A stretch of DNA of 64,000 nucleotides, from contig NC_067399.1 of NCBI RefSeq assembly GCF_016432865.1, positions 141,732,001 to 141,796,000 of the forward strand, read 5' to 3'. The stretch comes from Antechinus flavipes. Lineage: Eukaryota. Within the stretch, counting starts at the first letter, position 1. Each line of letters begins with the position of its first letter. The notes under the pieces were generated by a model. It did no database searches, was not told where the DNA came from, and saw only the letters and a list, made by a program, of their open reading frames with translations. Positions 48,969 to 62,816 of the stretch are shown here, piece by piece. The translations under genes and the position numbers were made by a program.

Positions 48969-50629
48969 ATGGTTTCAGCAGCCACCTAGGCTCCCATGTT
49001 GGCAAAAACTTTGACTCCTCTCTCCTTTCCCTCTCTTATCAAATCAGGTACCAAGTTTTGTCAGTTCTACCTCCAAATATCTCTTATATCTGTTTGATTG
49101 TCTGTATCTCTATTGCCATCAATTTGGGGTAGGTCATCATTACCAATGACCTAACCACCTCCACTCTCTCTTGCTTTCCAGATTCATGCTTCACATGTTG
49201 TCAGTCATTTTTCTTCTATACAGAGCTGATAGTAATATTTCTCTGCTCAAAATTCTTCATAGCCTTCCTATTGCCCATAGAAAAGAGCATTGGATTGGTC
49301 AGAGGACCTGGCTTCACATTCTGGCTCTGCTATGTATGTGTGGATTCTGTGAATTCATTTCTAGCTTCTTCTGAGCATATGTGATCTCTCCCAGTTCTGA
49401 ATACCCAGACTTTTTTGTACGCCGCTCACATTGTGCAGTCATTTGTACTAGACTTTTGGGATGTGGATGTGTATATATATGCATGTTTGTATATGTGTGT
49501 ATACATAATACGTACATACATATATACACATACACACATATAATTCCCCTACTAGATTGTGAACCCCATGAGGTTAGGAACCAAGTCAGGAGCCAAATAT
49601 TGTCTCTAATGCCCAGAAGAGTGTTCTGCACATTTTGTTTTTGCTCAGTCATTTTCAATTGGGTCCAAGTCTTCTACCACATTTGGGGTTTCCTTGGCAA
49701 AAATACTGAAATGATTTGCCATTTCCTTCTCCAGCTGGTTTTATAGGTGAGGAAACTGAGACAAAGAATTATGTGATTTGCGCAGGGAGAAGCCAGATTT
49801 GAACCCAGAAAGATGAATTTTCCTGACTTTGGGTCAGGTACTCTATCCCCTGTGCCACCTAATTGTCCATTCTACACATACTCATGACTGACCAGGTGGC
49901 TCAGTGACTAAGGAAGAGACCTAATATAGGATGTTACTCAAATCATCCAGAATGTCTATGTAGGAGTTCTGTCTACCAGTTCACACCTAGGTGTTCTCAT
50001 ATGGTACTATACTCTCTAAAACCATATTTTTCTTTCCTTTGCCCACTTTTCTTTCATACTTCTACCCTCTAGCCCTCCTGTGTTCCTGTTGTTTCTATAC
50101 CCCAAGGGCTAAGGATTGCTTGGACATACCCAAGATCTAACTACTTTTTCTGGCTGACTCTTCAAGTGCCATACCATCTCTACAACAAAGTCCAAATTCT
50201 TGACCTTGAAATAGCTTGAGGTAATGGTGATAGATAGGTGCCTCTGTTTCCTAGAGACGGAATTTGTCTCTGTTCAATTCTACTCCCTCCTCCCGCTTTG
50301 TACATAGCTTAGACAAGTTTGCAGTCTAGGAGAGTTGACAACCCTATCAATAAAATGGAAATGTCCTTATGATTGGGTTGTCCTGGGGATAATCAGACAC
50401 TATTCACTCCACCATTACCACCACCCCCATTCCCACCCCACCCCTGCAACTGCTGTTAACCATCAAGACAGCTTTGAGAGAGATCAAGAGATCCCCTAAA
50501 TGGAATTCATTAGCATTTTTGCTCCCTTTGGGGAGGATTCTGGAATGTTGAAGGATGATTAAGAGATCATATATTGAGAGCTGAAAAGAACCTTAGAGAT
50601 CATTTATTGAGTCCAACACCTATATTTTA

Positions 50630-51390
50630 TTTTATTTTATATTTTATTATCATAGGTTTTACATCATCTACATTCCCCCTATATGTTTATTCCTCTCTTT
50701 TCTTCCCATCCCTTATAACAAATAATTTTTAAAATAAAAAAGAGGAGAAAAATCAGCCCCCCAAAATTAAGATATCAAAAAAGTCTGAGGCAATAATGTG
50801 ATATTCAACAACTCTTCAAAAGAACAGGGCAGAGTATTCTCTTGTGTATCTTTTTGGGAGGCTGAATGTGTTCATTATCATCTTGCAACATTATTTCAAT
50901 TGTTTTGTGGTGGTTTTCCTTCCATTTATGTTGTTGTAGTCATTGAGTATATTGTTTTCCTGACTTGCTTCTCTTTGTATCACTTCATCCTTCTTTCCAT
51001 GTTTTTCTGTACTCATCATGTTCATTGTTTCTTAGATTCTAAACCATAGTCTTCCATTACAGTCACATACCACAATTTGTTTATGCTTCCCAGTTGAAGG
51101 GAATCGATTTTATTTCTTATTTGCTACCACAAATAAGGCTGCTATAAATATTATGGTATATATGGGACCTTTCTTTTTTATTAGTGACCTTCTTGATATA
51201 TATACTCTCTGTGTAATCTTTCAGAGTATATAAACTTTTGAATGACTTTATTTACATAACTCCAAACTGCTTTTTAGAATGATTGCATCCATTCACATAT
51301 CCTGTGTCTGTTTTTCCACAATCTTTCTAACATTTAAATATTCCCTACTTTTTCATCTTTGTCATCTTTGCTATTTTTTTCCAACTTCCC
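50630..51390 (-). mobile_element. Older L1 3' fragment
   Basis: cagtcacataccacaatttgttt...gctaccacaaataaggctgctataaatatt (antisense L1 ORF2 end / 3' UTR). Confidence 0.65.
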
Positions 51391-53475
51391 TCTCCTCCTG
51401 CACCCTTATTTTACAGATAAGGAAACTAAGGTCCACCAATTAAGGCTTTTATCACATAGGTAGTAAGTGGCAAAGACACAATTAAAATCCAGATCTTCTG
51501 CCTCCAAATCTAGCTTCCTTCCCACTCAGCAACTTTACCTTCTCTGCTTTATATTTTGTTTATAGTCTGAATATTTCCCTTCTTCCTGGCTATTTCCCCA
51601 AGTAGATTTTAGGGAAATAGTAGAATAAAGTCTTGCCTCCTTGACTCACATTCCCTTCGGGCCCTAAAGCCCATGGTTCTTACCCACATCTGACTTTTTT
51701 GGCTGGAATGATGAGGGAAACTGTGGGCAATGGGGAAGGGGGAGATGTAAGTTAAATAGGATGGAATACTAGTTAGACAGCCTATTTCTGTGCCTGCTCC
51801 TCCACTAGAAGCTGAATCTTAGAGATTGGGATGAAAACATCCTACATGTAGACTCTGGGGAACCATCTCAAGGAGAAAATGAGCAGAAGAGAAAGGATGG
51901 TGGGAGAGTTTTGGAGCCAAGTGAGAAAACTCTGTTTGCCTCTTATCTCCCACATTTCACATCAGCTGTTTGGTACAGGTCTCTTGCCACAGTTAGCACC
52001 TTGGAAGACTTGAGAGAATGTAGAGATATTTATTGCCAAGGAATAGGGTATGTAGCTGCAATAGTCAAGAACATAACTTTACTCTCACCATCTCTCAAAA
52101 TCTATAATAACATTATAAACTCATGACATGTTAGGTCTAGAATGGACTTTATAGAGCAGTCCAACAGATTTGGACTCAGTTTACCGATAGGGAAACCAAG
52201 GTTTAGAATAAAGAAATATCCAGAATTTGGCTCTCCTTGTGGTCAGTCTAGAGCTCAAGTGTTTTTTCTGCCTTTTCCATTATGTCCACTTTAATTAGTA
52301 AATTAAGACATGTTTGGTCCCCAGGAAATTATGGAGGGAGGTGGTTTACTGGGCCCTGCAGGCTTTACTCCCAGACACATTAAATGACTCACCTCCCACC
52401 CACTCACGGCTCACTCCTTTGTTCAATTCTTTTTCTTTGGGGCCCCAGGGGTGAAAGAAAAGCTGAGGACTGTTCTAGATCTGATGTAGAAAGAGCTGGA
52501 CACAGTTGATACCTGACCAGTACCTCTGGGACCAGGGGCAGGTATGCTTGGTGGGAGGGGTCTTAAAAATCCATTATCCCAATATTGAGTAACTCAAAAT
52601 TATACCCCTAATTCCATCCCTTCAGCCCCGACCCGAGGTAGGGAGCAGGTAATAGAGCCAAGAGAACAACATTGTCCCTTTATGGGCATTCCCTAGCAAG
52701 GGCAGCCCTATCCTCAGGAGATTATCCTTGCCCTCACTCCTAATCTCATTTCCAATTTTAGGTTTTAAATACTTGATTTGAAAGGGTAAAATAAGTGTGA
52801 TTTCTCATCAGACCATTCTGCTACAGAGGAAAAGGCATCCACTTTGAATCAATCAGAATTTGCTGGTGTGGTTCCCTCCTTCTCCTTCTCCCAATCATTC
52901 AGTCAATTAATCAACAAGCATTTATTAAGCACTCCTTTAATGCCAGATACAGTCCTAGGTGCTAGAAATACAAAAACAGAAAAGGAACAGTTCCTATTCT
53001 CAAGAATATTCTATGGGGTGGAGGAGACACAATTTGTCAGTATATTAGTATAGGTGGTAAGTAGCTAGATGGTTTGGTGGATAGAGCTCAAGTCCCATAG
53101 TCAGGAAGATCTGGGTTGAAATTTGGCCTCAGACATTAGCTGTGTGACCCTAGGCAAGTCATTTAATCTTTCAGCCTAATCTACTAGAGAAGGAAATGGA
53201 AACCAAGCCGGTATCTTTGTCAGGAAAACCTCACAGGGGATCACTAAGGGTCAGACATGACTGAACAACAGCTAGACTTGTAATTTCCCTGGTAGAGAGA
53301 ACCTCAGGTAGAAAAACTCCCTTTACAACACGCCTGGCACCTTTTCTGCAAATTATCTTATTTAAAGAGTTGCCTGAAACATTGAAAAGTGACCTGCTCA
53401 GGATCACTCCACCTGTATGTGTCAGAGGTAAAGCTTCTTCATGCTTGGCTCTCTTATCATCTATGCCATGTTATT

Positions 53476-53901
53476 TGTTTATTTATTTATTTGTTTTTAT
53501 TATTATTATAGCTTTTTATTTACGAGATATATGCATGGGTAATTTTTCAGCATTGACAATTGCAAAACTCTTTGTTCCAACTTTTCCCTTCCTTCCCCCC
53601 ACTCCTTCCCCCAGATGGCAGGTTGACCAATACATGTTAAATATGTTAAAATATAAGTTAAATACAATATAAATATACATGTCTACATAGTTATTTTGCT
53701 GTACAAAAAGAACCGGACTTTGAAATAGTGTACAATTAACCTGTGAAGGAAATCAAAAATGCAGGCAGACAAAAATAGAGAGATTGGGAATTCTATGTAG
53801 TGGTTCATAGTCATCTCCCAGAGTTCTTTCCCTGGGTGTAGCTGGTTCAGTTCATTACTGCCCTATTGGAACTGATTTGGTTCATCTCATTGTTGAAGAG
53901 A
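53476..53901 (-). mobile_element. Young 5'-truncated L1 3' end with a 13-bp TSD
   Basis: TSD ATGCCATGTTATT (53463-53475) / ATGCCGTGTTATT (53902-53914), with one CpG-type mismatch. Confidence 0.8.
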
Positions 53902-56900
53902 ATGCCGTGTTATTAAAAAAAAAAAAAGGAATTTGGGGGAGAGAAGAGGGTACTAACAGGTAAGGAAATCAAGAAAGGAAAAGTGTAAAAGTTTAGAGCC
54001 GAGTTTAGAAGGAAATAAGGGATTCTAAAAAGACAAGAAAGATTTAACTGTTTTCCAGGCATGGGAGGTAGGGAGTTGGTGCAAAGATGCAGAGGGAGGA
54101 GATCATGGCCTCATAGGTTTAGAACTGGACTAAACTATGTGTGATGAAATGCAAGAAGGCCCATCTGGCAGATTGGTAGTAAAGAATAATAAGCCTGGCT
54201 AGGTAAGTTGGGGCCAGATTGTGAAGAGCTTTAAAAGCCAGAGGAGTTTGTATTTGGTCTTAAAAGCCATGGGAGTTTATTGAGTAGAGAAGACACACAG
54301 TCAGACCCAGACTTTGGGAAAATCACTTTAGCAGCTGTCTGAAGAATAGATTGTAGGAAGAGAGAATGTATATAGTGGGGCGTATTTTTGAGATTGGAGA
54401 TGTGTTTTAGACACTGTGCTCAGGTGTTTTCCTGAACAAGATCAAATATTTAGATGAACACATTTCCACACATAAGAATATGTGGTCAAGAACACATGTG
54501 TTCTCAGGATGGATGGTTACTTAAATTTGCTTGTGTATGAAATCAAGTGTGTTGGTAAAGAAAATGCCCACTTTTGGGCCGCACTGGGACATGTATATAT
54601 CTATGCTCTAACCCTGAGTGTCCTTCATCAGGCACCCTCAGATCTCCACAGGCAATCAACGATTGGAGACACTGGGAAGAAGGTATAACTCCAAGTTTGC
54701 AGCTTCTAGGACCCTCAGGCTCCAAAGTTTCAGCCTTCCCTTTTCCTTCCAGCTTATCCAGTGCTTTGCTCTAAAATCCCATGCTAGTTAACAAGCAGAA
54801 AATAAAAACAAAAACTTTTGATCCCAAGTTGAAAACAACGGACCCTGACCCCACAACTTCCTTCCTGACTGAGGAGGGAAGGCATTGGTTCTGGAGAAGA
54901 CAGCTTTTTCAGCCTTTGGCTGGAAGGGAATTCCCTAATGGGTGTGATTTTCCTGGTTCCTGTACCAGAAACTCCTCCTCCTCTCCATCCTGGGGCTCTC
55001 CCACATCCCCAGCTCTCCCTTTTACTCCTCTCTTCACTCCCTCCCCCCCCCCCAGTCTATTCCCACACATTCTTCGGCCATGACATCCCATTCCATCCCA
55101 TTCTATCCCACGGGGCTCCCTGATCCAGGCCTGACTTGCTCTGAGATTCTCTGGGTAAATTACTAAGGCCCATCAACACACAATTCCCTTGCAGGCTCTG
55201 ACATGTTCTACCTTCCTAAACGACCTCTCATCCCACACATTCCATTGTCCCCCAGATGGGTGCTTCCCCACTCTGATCCTCTGCACCAGACAGTGGCCCA
55301 AATGCTTAGAATTTGGGGTTGCAGGTTAGAACCATTTCAGCCTCCCCAGGGGCTCCTTTCAGCTGGGAGCTGATTAAGCATGTTCGGCAGGGAGGAGTTA
55401 TAAAGTCGCATACTTTTGCAACTCCCTCCCCAAAAAGTGCCCTTGAATATTTAAGAAAAGGAGATAAATAGAGGACTGAGTGCTTTGGAGAGCATAAAAT
55501 TCTATACACATGTTTGGGATTATTACTGTTGCATGTGCAAATGTGCTTACATGTTTGCAGGTGGGTGCCCATGAAGCTCCCTGGGCAAATGAATGTTTAT
55601 GTATATGCCTGTACAACAGTGTGCAGAGCAGAGTGTACACTTGGGGGATCATGAGATTAAGAGTTGGCAAGAGATCAGCTTAGCTATCACCCGATTAAAT
55701 CCCCTCATTTTGTAGCTGAGGAAAGGCAAGGTCCGAAGAATTAAACAATTTGCCCAAGATCAGACAATGGAGCCATCATTCACTCCCTCCCAATGCTCCT
55801 TCCACAGCATCCTCCTCTGTCCCTGGAATAGGACCCACTGTTCCCAGCCTGGGCTCATCCTCCTCTACTCATCCAGTTTCTTTGTAATCTTAGTTGTAGG
55901 TAATCTAATAAGGTCACCATTTCTTCATTTCCCATGGACTGGGATAGTTGAATACAGTTTTTAGAGGGGATGAATTGTGGCTTCTGTATCTGAATATGAT
56001 GAGCGAGGCATTTCAACAGGCTGGAGAGAAAAGCCTATGCCTTAATGAGGCAGTTAGGTCGCAGAGTGATGGAGTACAGTACCTAAACTCAGGAAGATTC
56101 ATCTTCCTCAGTTCAAATCTGGCCTCGGATACTAGCTCTGTGACCCTGGGCAAGTTTCTCACCCCTGTTTGCCTCAGTTTCCTCATTTGTAAACTGAGCC
56201 AGTGGAGGAAATGGCAGTATCTTTGCCAAGAAAACCCCAAATGGGATCACAGAGTCAGACACAGCTGAACAACACTGTACTTGAAGGAACATGAGTATTT
56301 GTGTGAACATGGATTTGTGGTCTATGAAGACGTGTTTATATGGAAGTCCCATGGTCTAATGAAAAAAGTCTATCACTTACCAGCTATGTGACTGTGGTTA
56401 TATCAGTAGCCAAGGTGCTGGAACCAAGGTCAGGAGGACCCGAGTTCAAATCCAGCCACTTGGCTATGTGACCCTGGGCAGATCATTTAACCTCAGTGTT
56501 TTCATTTGTAAAATGAGGACAATAACAGTGCCTATCTCTCAGAGTTGTTATGAGAATCAAATGAGATAATATTTGTAAAGTGCTTAGTACCTAGTAGGTG
56601 CTTAATAAATGCTTATTCCCCTTAGGTGTTTGTAAATCCTACCATCTACAGGAAGCCTTCCCCAATGCCCCTTAATTCTAGTTCTTTCTCTCTGATGATT
56701 ATCCCCAACTTAAATCTTTTCCCTACATAGTGGTTTGCATGTTACCTCCCCCATTAGCTGGTGAGCTCTTTGAGATCTGTATGTCTTTCTGGGTGTCTCC
56801 AGTAATTAGCCCAGTACTTAGCACATATAAGGCACTTGATAAATGTATAGTGACCCAGTCTTTATATCTTGTGTCAGTGCCTTCTTCTTAGGGCACCTGC

Positions 56901-57997
56901 CTAACTGTGCCTGTTTGTTGTCGAGTGTTTATGTACTAGTCCCACATCTGGATTGTCAGTAAGATATACTGGGAAGAATGTCTTTGTTTCTTTAAGACTG
57001 TCAGGGACCACAGGTGGGCCTTTGTGTACCTGTATGTGTCTGAGTAAATGATTGTGTGTTTCCACAGAGCAGGCCATTTGGGGCAGAGAAATCTGTGTCA
57101 AGACCCAAGGTTAAAACAATTTGTGTAATTCGGACAGCCAAGCCCCAGCTGAACTGTGGGATGGGAAGCAGATGTCTCCATGGGCGGAGCTGCAGGGAAT
57201 CGGCTTCCAGCTCTTAGCTCTATCTCCCCGGCCCAGACTCTGCACAACTCCCCCCCCAATCCGGACTTCCAACTTGCTCCGATTTCCCGGAGACAATTCT
57301 TTTTTTCTACTCTCCCTTCCTTCTTTGCTCCCCAGAAAGGAAATAGACTCAGCTCAGATGCTCAGATCTGAGTGAATCTAACAATTCACTAGCATCTCTC
57401 AGTGTCTTAGTTTTTTCATCTGTAAAACGGCCATAATTGTACTTGTAGCACCCATCTCAGAGTCATTGTGAGGAATAAGCTATAAAGTTTTTTTTATATC
57501 ATTATCCAAAAAAGAGATTTTTTAAATAATGTAATTATTATAGATATTGTAGCTCTAGTCTCTTCTTCTCTCTTCCCCCTACTTCTCTGCTTTTCTGTAT
57601 GAATATTTTCCTAATCTCTTAGTTGACTCAAGTCCCCCTGAAAGCTAGGCAGCTAGACTTTGCTCTTGCAAGACTGCTCATTGAAAAAAAATCTTTTAAA
57701 GCTCCCTGGAGAGCTAGCACCCAGTCTTCTCTTCTCTCCCTGTTTTTTTCTCTCTGCTGTGGATACTTAACCTGTGGGGGAAGATTTGGGGAAATGTAGG
57801 GCTAAGGACCAGGAGAAGGTAGGGACAGTCCCCAGTCAAAGCAGGGGCAGAAAGACTGTGTTTTGCACTCATCTGATGGGCTAGTCCCACACCTCTGCTG
57901 CCTGTTTTCCCCCATCCAGGGAAGGGAGTAGGCGAGCAGAGACCCTGCCAGTTGTGGGGAGGATAACTGACTGACTTTTCCTCATGCCTTTCTCTAG

Positions 57998-58111
57998 CTG
58001 CATTTCTTGGGGACATTGCTCTGGATGAAGAGGACTTGAAGGCCTTCCAGGTGGAACAGATTGTGGAACTCAGGCAGCGGGCCATCCACAGGGCGACTGG
58101 CAAAGCCTCAG
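57998..58111 (+). CDS. BMP1: BMP1 exon 2: [38 protein letters not shown]
   Basis: 114 nt, AG/GTATCA boundaries, FLGDIALD aspartate-switch motif of tolloid prodomains. Confidence 0.97.
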
Positions 58112-59445
58112 GTATCACCAATACTGTGCCATCACTGCTCCTAGAGTTCTGTGAGCTCATCAAGACAGGGTGGAGACTGCCTGCTTTCCAGCAGCCTCCA
58201 AAACCTCATTCCTTTCCTGTTCCACAGACAGAGGCCACATAGAGGCCAGGGCACAGCCCTGATGCCCATCCCTCTTCTCGGGTCAACTTAGTCTATGAGA
58301 AGACACATAGGGTGGACAGCTTAGTCCTCTGGGCTGTCCTAGGTTCAGGGATCCAGTGATTACTTTTATTCCTTGATTTGGAGAAATCTGACCTATGTCC
58401 TAGGCCCACCCAAGTCCCTTTCTCACCTTCAGCTTTCTATTGAAGGCTTTTATGCCCTGCCAGGGGACTACAGATGACAAGGACAAGAACTATCCCCTAA
58501 ACCTCTGGGAGCACATCCCCAGGGAACAGAGGAAGTTCTTCAGCCCCTAGCACTCACCTTCATGCCCTGCCTTTCTTCTCCACTGAGGTATCACAAGTGG
58601 TAGCAGAGGGCAGATGCTTTGAATTTGGGAGCTCAAGGCAGGTCAGCCTTCACAGGAAAGTCAAAAAGTGGAATCAGGTGCTGAAAATGAGTATCTTTCT
58701 ATTTCTCCCTACCACAGACCTTACATTTTCTCTTGAAATAGTATCCCAGGTCAAGTTTGTTCCAGCCCCACCACTGCTCCAAACTGGGAGTGGGCAATAC
58801 TTGATCTTTTCCAGAGATGGCATCTGAATAACAGTCTTGTTCCAACTGATTTTCCTGTTGACAAGACCTCTAATGACTGTCTAATTGAACAAATCCTGAT
58901 ATAACCAGGCAATGTTTAGTCAGTCTAGTAAAGAGAGAGATTTGACTACCCCCAAGAGCCATAGTTTTGAGGTCAGAAAACTTGGATTCAAGATTTTGGA
59001 TTCTCTGATACATTACTTGTGTGATCTTTGACATGTAATTTAACTTTCCTGGTTTTATTTTCTTCAATTGTAAAATAAGAGTAAAGGACTAGATTTCTTA
59101 TGAGATCCCTCTCAACTCTATGATCCTCTGACTCAGCCTGAGAGGTGAATTAGATTGTGAGGTTCAAATATGCCATTCTATAGAAAAGTAAATAAGGCCC
59201 TGAGGGAGTTTATTATTTAGGATTGATTGATTGAAGGAATAAGGGAATATTTAGCCTTGAGCATGGAAGACTCAGAGGGTCATGAGAGATGTCTCTGAGT
59301 ATTTGAAGAGTCATCACAGAGAAGACAGATGAGAAAAGTTCTCCTTTGTCCCACAGAGGAGGACTGGAACAATGAGGCAGAAGTAGAATGAATTTAGGCT
59401 TGATGTCAGGGAAAGCTTCCTAACAATTGTTCATCCTTCATTCTC

Positions 59446-59890
59446 TCTTTTTTTTCATAATAACTTTTTATTGACAGAACCCATGCCAGGGTAATTTTTT
59501 TTTACAATATTATCCCTTGCACTTGCTTCTGTTCCAATTTTTCCCCTCCCTCCCTCCACCCCCTCCCCTAGATGGCAAGCAGTCCTATATGTGTTAGATA
59601 TGTTGCAGTATAGCCTAGATACAATATATGTTTGCAGAACCAAACAGTTCTCTTGTTGCACAGGGAGAATTGGATTCAGAAAGTAAAAATAACCCAGGAA
59701 GAAAAACAAAAATGCAAATAGTTCACATTCGTTTCCCAGTGTTCTTTCTTTGGATGTAGCTGCTTCTGTCCATCATTTATCAATTGAAACTGAATTAGCT
59801 CTCTTTGTCAAAGAAATCCACTTCCATCAGAATACATCCTCATGCAATATCGTTGTTGAAGTGTATAATGATCTGCTCATTTCATTTAGC
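59446..59890 (-). mobile_element. Young L1 3' end with a 15-bp TSD, inserted into an RTE-derived SINE that itself sits in a CR1/L3 fragment
   Basis: TSD TCATCCTTCATTCTC at 59431-59445 and 59891-59905. Confidence 0.82.
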
Positions 59891-60539
59891 TCATCCTTCA
59901 TTCTCAAAGAGGACCAATGACATCAGGAGGGTCTTGAGTTGCAGGTGAATTGGATTTAAATGAGGCAGGGCTATGCAAAGTCATCAGGCTCATTCTCTCC
60001 TCCTGAGTCATGTAGTTCAGTGGCAAGACATAAGTCAAGACCACTGGTGATGACCCCCTTCCTAATAGTTGGAGCTATCTGAAAATAGAATGTGCTGCTT
60101 TGGTTGGCAGATCTTCAAGCAGAGGCTGGATGATCCCTTACCAGGGATGTTATATAGGAGACTGCTTATTCAGGACTCACTGGGACTCTGACTTTTGAGG
60201 CCCTCCTAACTCTGAGATTCTGTTATCTGGGCGAGGAATGTGATATAGTTGGAAGCTCATAGGTCAAGAGATATTCTATATGTAAAAAATATAAATGGTA
60301 GCTATGTACAGCAAGTATACAGAACTTTGTAATCCCAACAAGCTCATAATTATCAGCCAATACATTCTCAGATATGTGGATGCAGTTTATAAAACTGTCA
60401 TATCCTTTGCAAATACAGGACATAGTTAAAAGAAGACAAACTTATTCTCAGATGGCTTCAGGTCCCTCACACATCTCAGGAAAAAGTGGATAAGCTTTCT
60501 CCCACCTAGAACTCCATCCTGCTTCTCTTTTCTTTTCAG

Positions 60540-60716
60540 GAAATAGTTCAACCCCCACCAACCAGTATGCTCGGGGACGGGCTCAGAGGAAGGCTCGAGA
60601 GAAGATGGGGGGCCGGAGCCGGGGCCGGTCCCGTAGCAGGAGGGCAGCAACATCTCGGCCAGAGAGGGTGTGGGCCGATGGCATCATCCCTTTTGTCATT
60701 GGAGGGAACTTCACTG
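60540..60716 (+). CDS. BMP1: BMP1 exon 3: [59 protein letters not shown]
   Basis: 177 nt, GTGAGT donor, furin site RSRR then mature AATSRPER. The acceptor could alternatively be at 60510. Confidence 0.92.
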
Positions 60717-61224
60717 GTGAGTGGAGAGTACAAGGATGGAGTACAAGGAGAGTGGGGCGGGGTGGGTGGGCAAGATCAGGTGAACCAACTTCTTTAGGAA
60801 GTTGACATCAGGAGGTTCCTGAAACTGAGTACTGACCTTCAGTACAGAAACTCAAAAAGGAAGATTTCTCCTCTTCCTCTACTTATCAGCCCCTCTTCCT
60901 GTTGACTTCTCTCTCCCAGGTCACTGTGTGACCTTTTTCTCTTCACAATAAATGGAGGTATTCAAAGAGACTGAGAACCAGAACATCTGGGCTCCATTTG
61001 TGACTGGCTTTGGACAATGCCATCCCTTCTCTGTGCTGATGCTCTTGTTTCCCAGCTGTAGAATGGGGAGAATAAGTTGGACCACTATCATTTTCCTCCC
61101 CACTTCCCCTGCACTGCCCTCTTCCAACCCTCTTCCTCTAATACTGCATTATAATAAGGGCAAAGCGCTTTTAGCTGCTTGGATGAGAAGCTGGGGTCTC
61201 TGAGCTGGTGATCAGCTAGGATAA

Positions 61225-61368
<144 letters not shown>

Positions 61369-61616
61369 TGAGTGGGAAACCCTAAGGCATAAACTTCCTT
61401 AGGTACCACCCCTAATAGAAGCAATGTTTTGGGCATGGCTCTACTCACCTGGGCATCTTGCTGGGTGCTGCTTATTGATGGAGATGCTGCCCAAGGGTAT
61501 GGTTCTCCTCACCCTCAAATGTCCATCTCTCTTGGCCACTGGCCCCGGGATAGACCTACTTGGGTTTGTCCAAGCTCTTTGTCTTGGGTCCCGTCCTTCC
61601 CCTCAGCCTGGACTAG

Positions 61617-61904
<288 letters not shown>

Positions 61905-62710
61905 TAGCCTCCTTGGTTCTGTGGCTGTGACCCTAGCGTTCCCAAAGCCTGATATCTGTTATACAGAATCACTGAGAAAAGATAGTGGTCAACAGACTCC
62001 CCTAACTTCAGCCTAAGTCAGCTCTGTCTCTGGGCAATTCCATGGGTTCCAATCCAGGGAGCTAAGAAGCCTAAGGTCATCTTTAGTCCAAAGGACCTTG
62101 ATTAGAATAGGTTAAGTATGGAACCACTTTAGGAATACCAATCTCTCTTCTATCCTGGATAGAGGATCCTTAGGTCACTCCAGAAATCAACTAGTCTCTG
62201 GGGTAGAAAGGGGGGAACAGGGGCAAGGAGAGCTATTTTCCCAACCATTCACTTCTCTGCTGTCTCTCATCTTCTCACCCTTTCTCTTCCCCGGCCCTCT
62301 ATGATTTCCATCTCCCATTCTTGCTTTCCCTCTCTGTCTTAGTCTCTGCCTGTTTTTCTCCATTTCATTGTCTCCATCTCAGTGTTTCCTTTTCACCATC
62401 AAGGCCCCATTCTTGTCCACTCCCCTTGCCCTTTTCCTCCTTGCTCTCTCCCCATCCACTCTTGGAGCTTTCTCTGAGACGTCTGGGCAGAGCTAGCATG
62501 TTAGCAGGAACTTCTGTCCTCCTCCTGGCTGCCCACACCTGGGGACCCCAGCTGCATCAGCACCTTATCCTTACCAAGAATCCTCCCCTTCCTGGTGTGC
62601 TAGCCCCAAGACAGGTCTTCTGACACTGTCTCAGTGCCCCAAAGCTGGGCAGTTCCCCTCTCCTTTCCCCCCTCCTCCTGCCCCCCGCATCCTTTTCCCC
62701 ATCTCCACAG

Positions 62711-62816
62711 GACAGGAGTATAACTTCCTGAAGATGGAGCTCGAGGAAGTGGAATCTCTGGGAGAGACTTACGACTTTGACAGTATCATGCACTATGCTC
62801 GTAACACTTTCTCCAG
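62711..62816 (+). CDS. BMP1: BMP1 exon 6 (Met-turn SIMHY): [34 protein letters not shown]
   Basis: 106 nt, AG/GTAAGA boundaries. The gene continues beyond the window. Confidence 0.98.
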
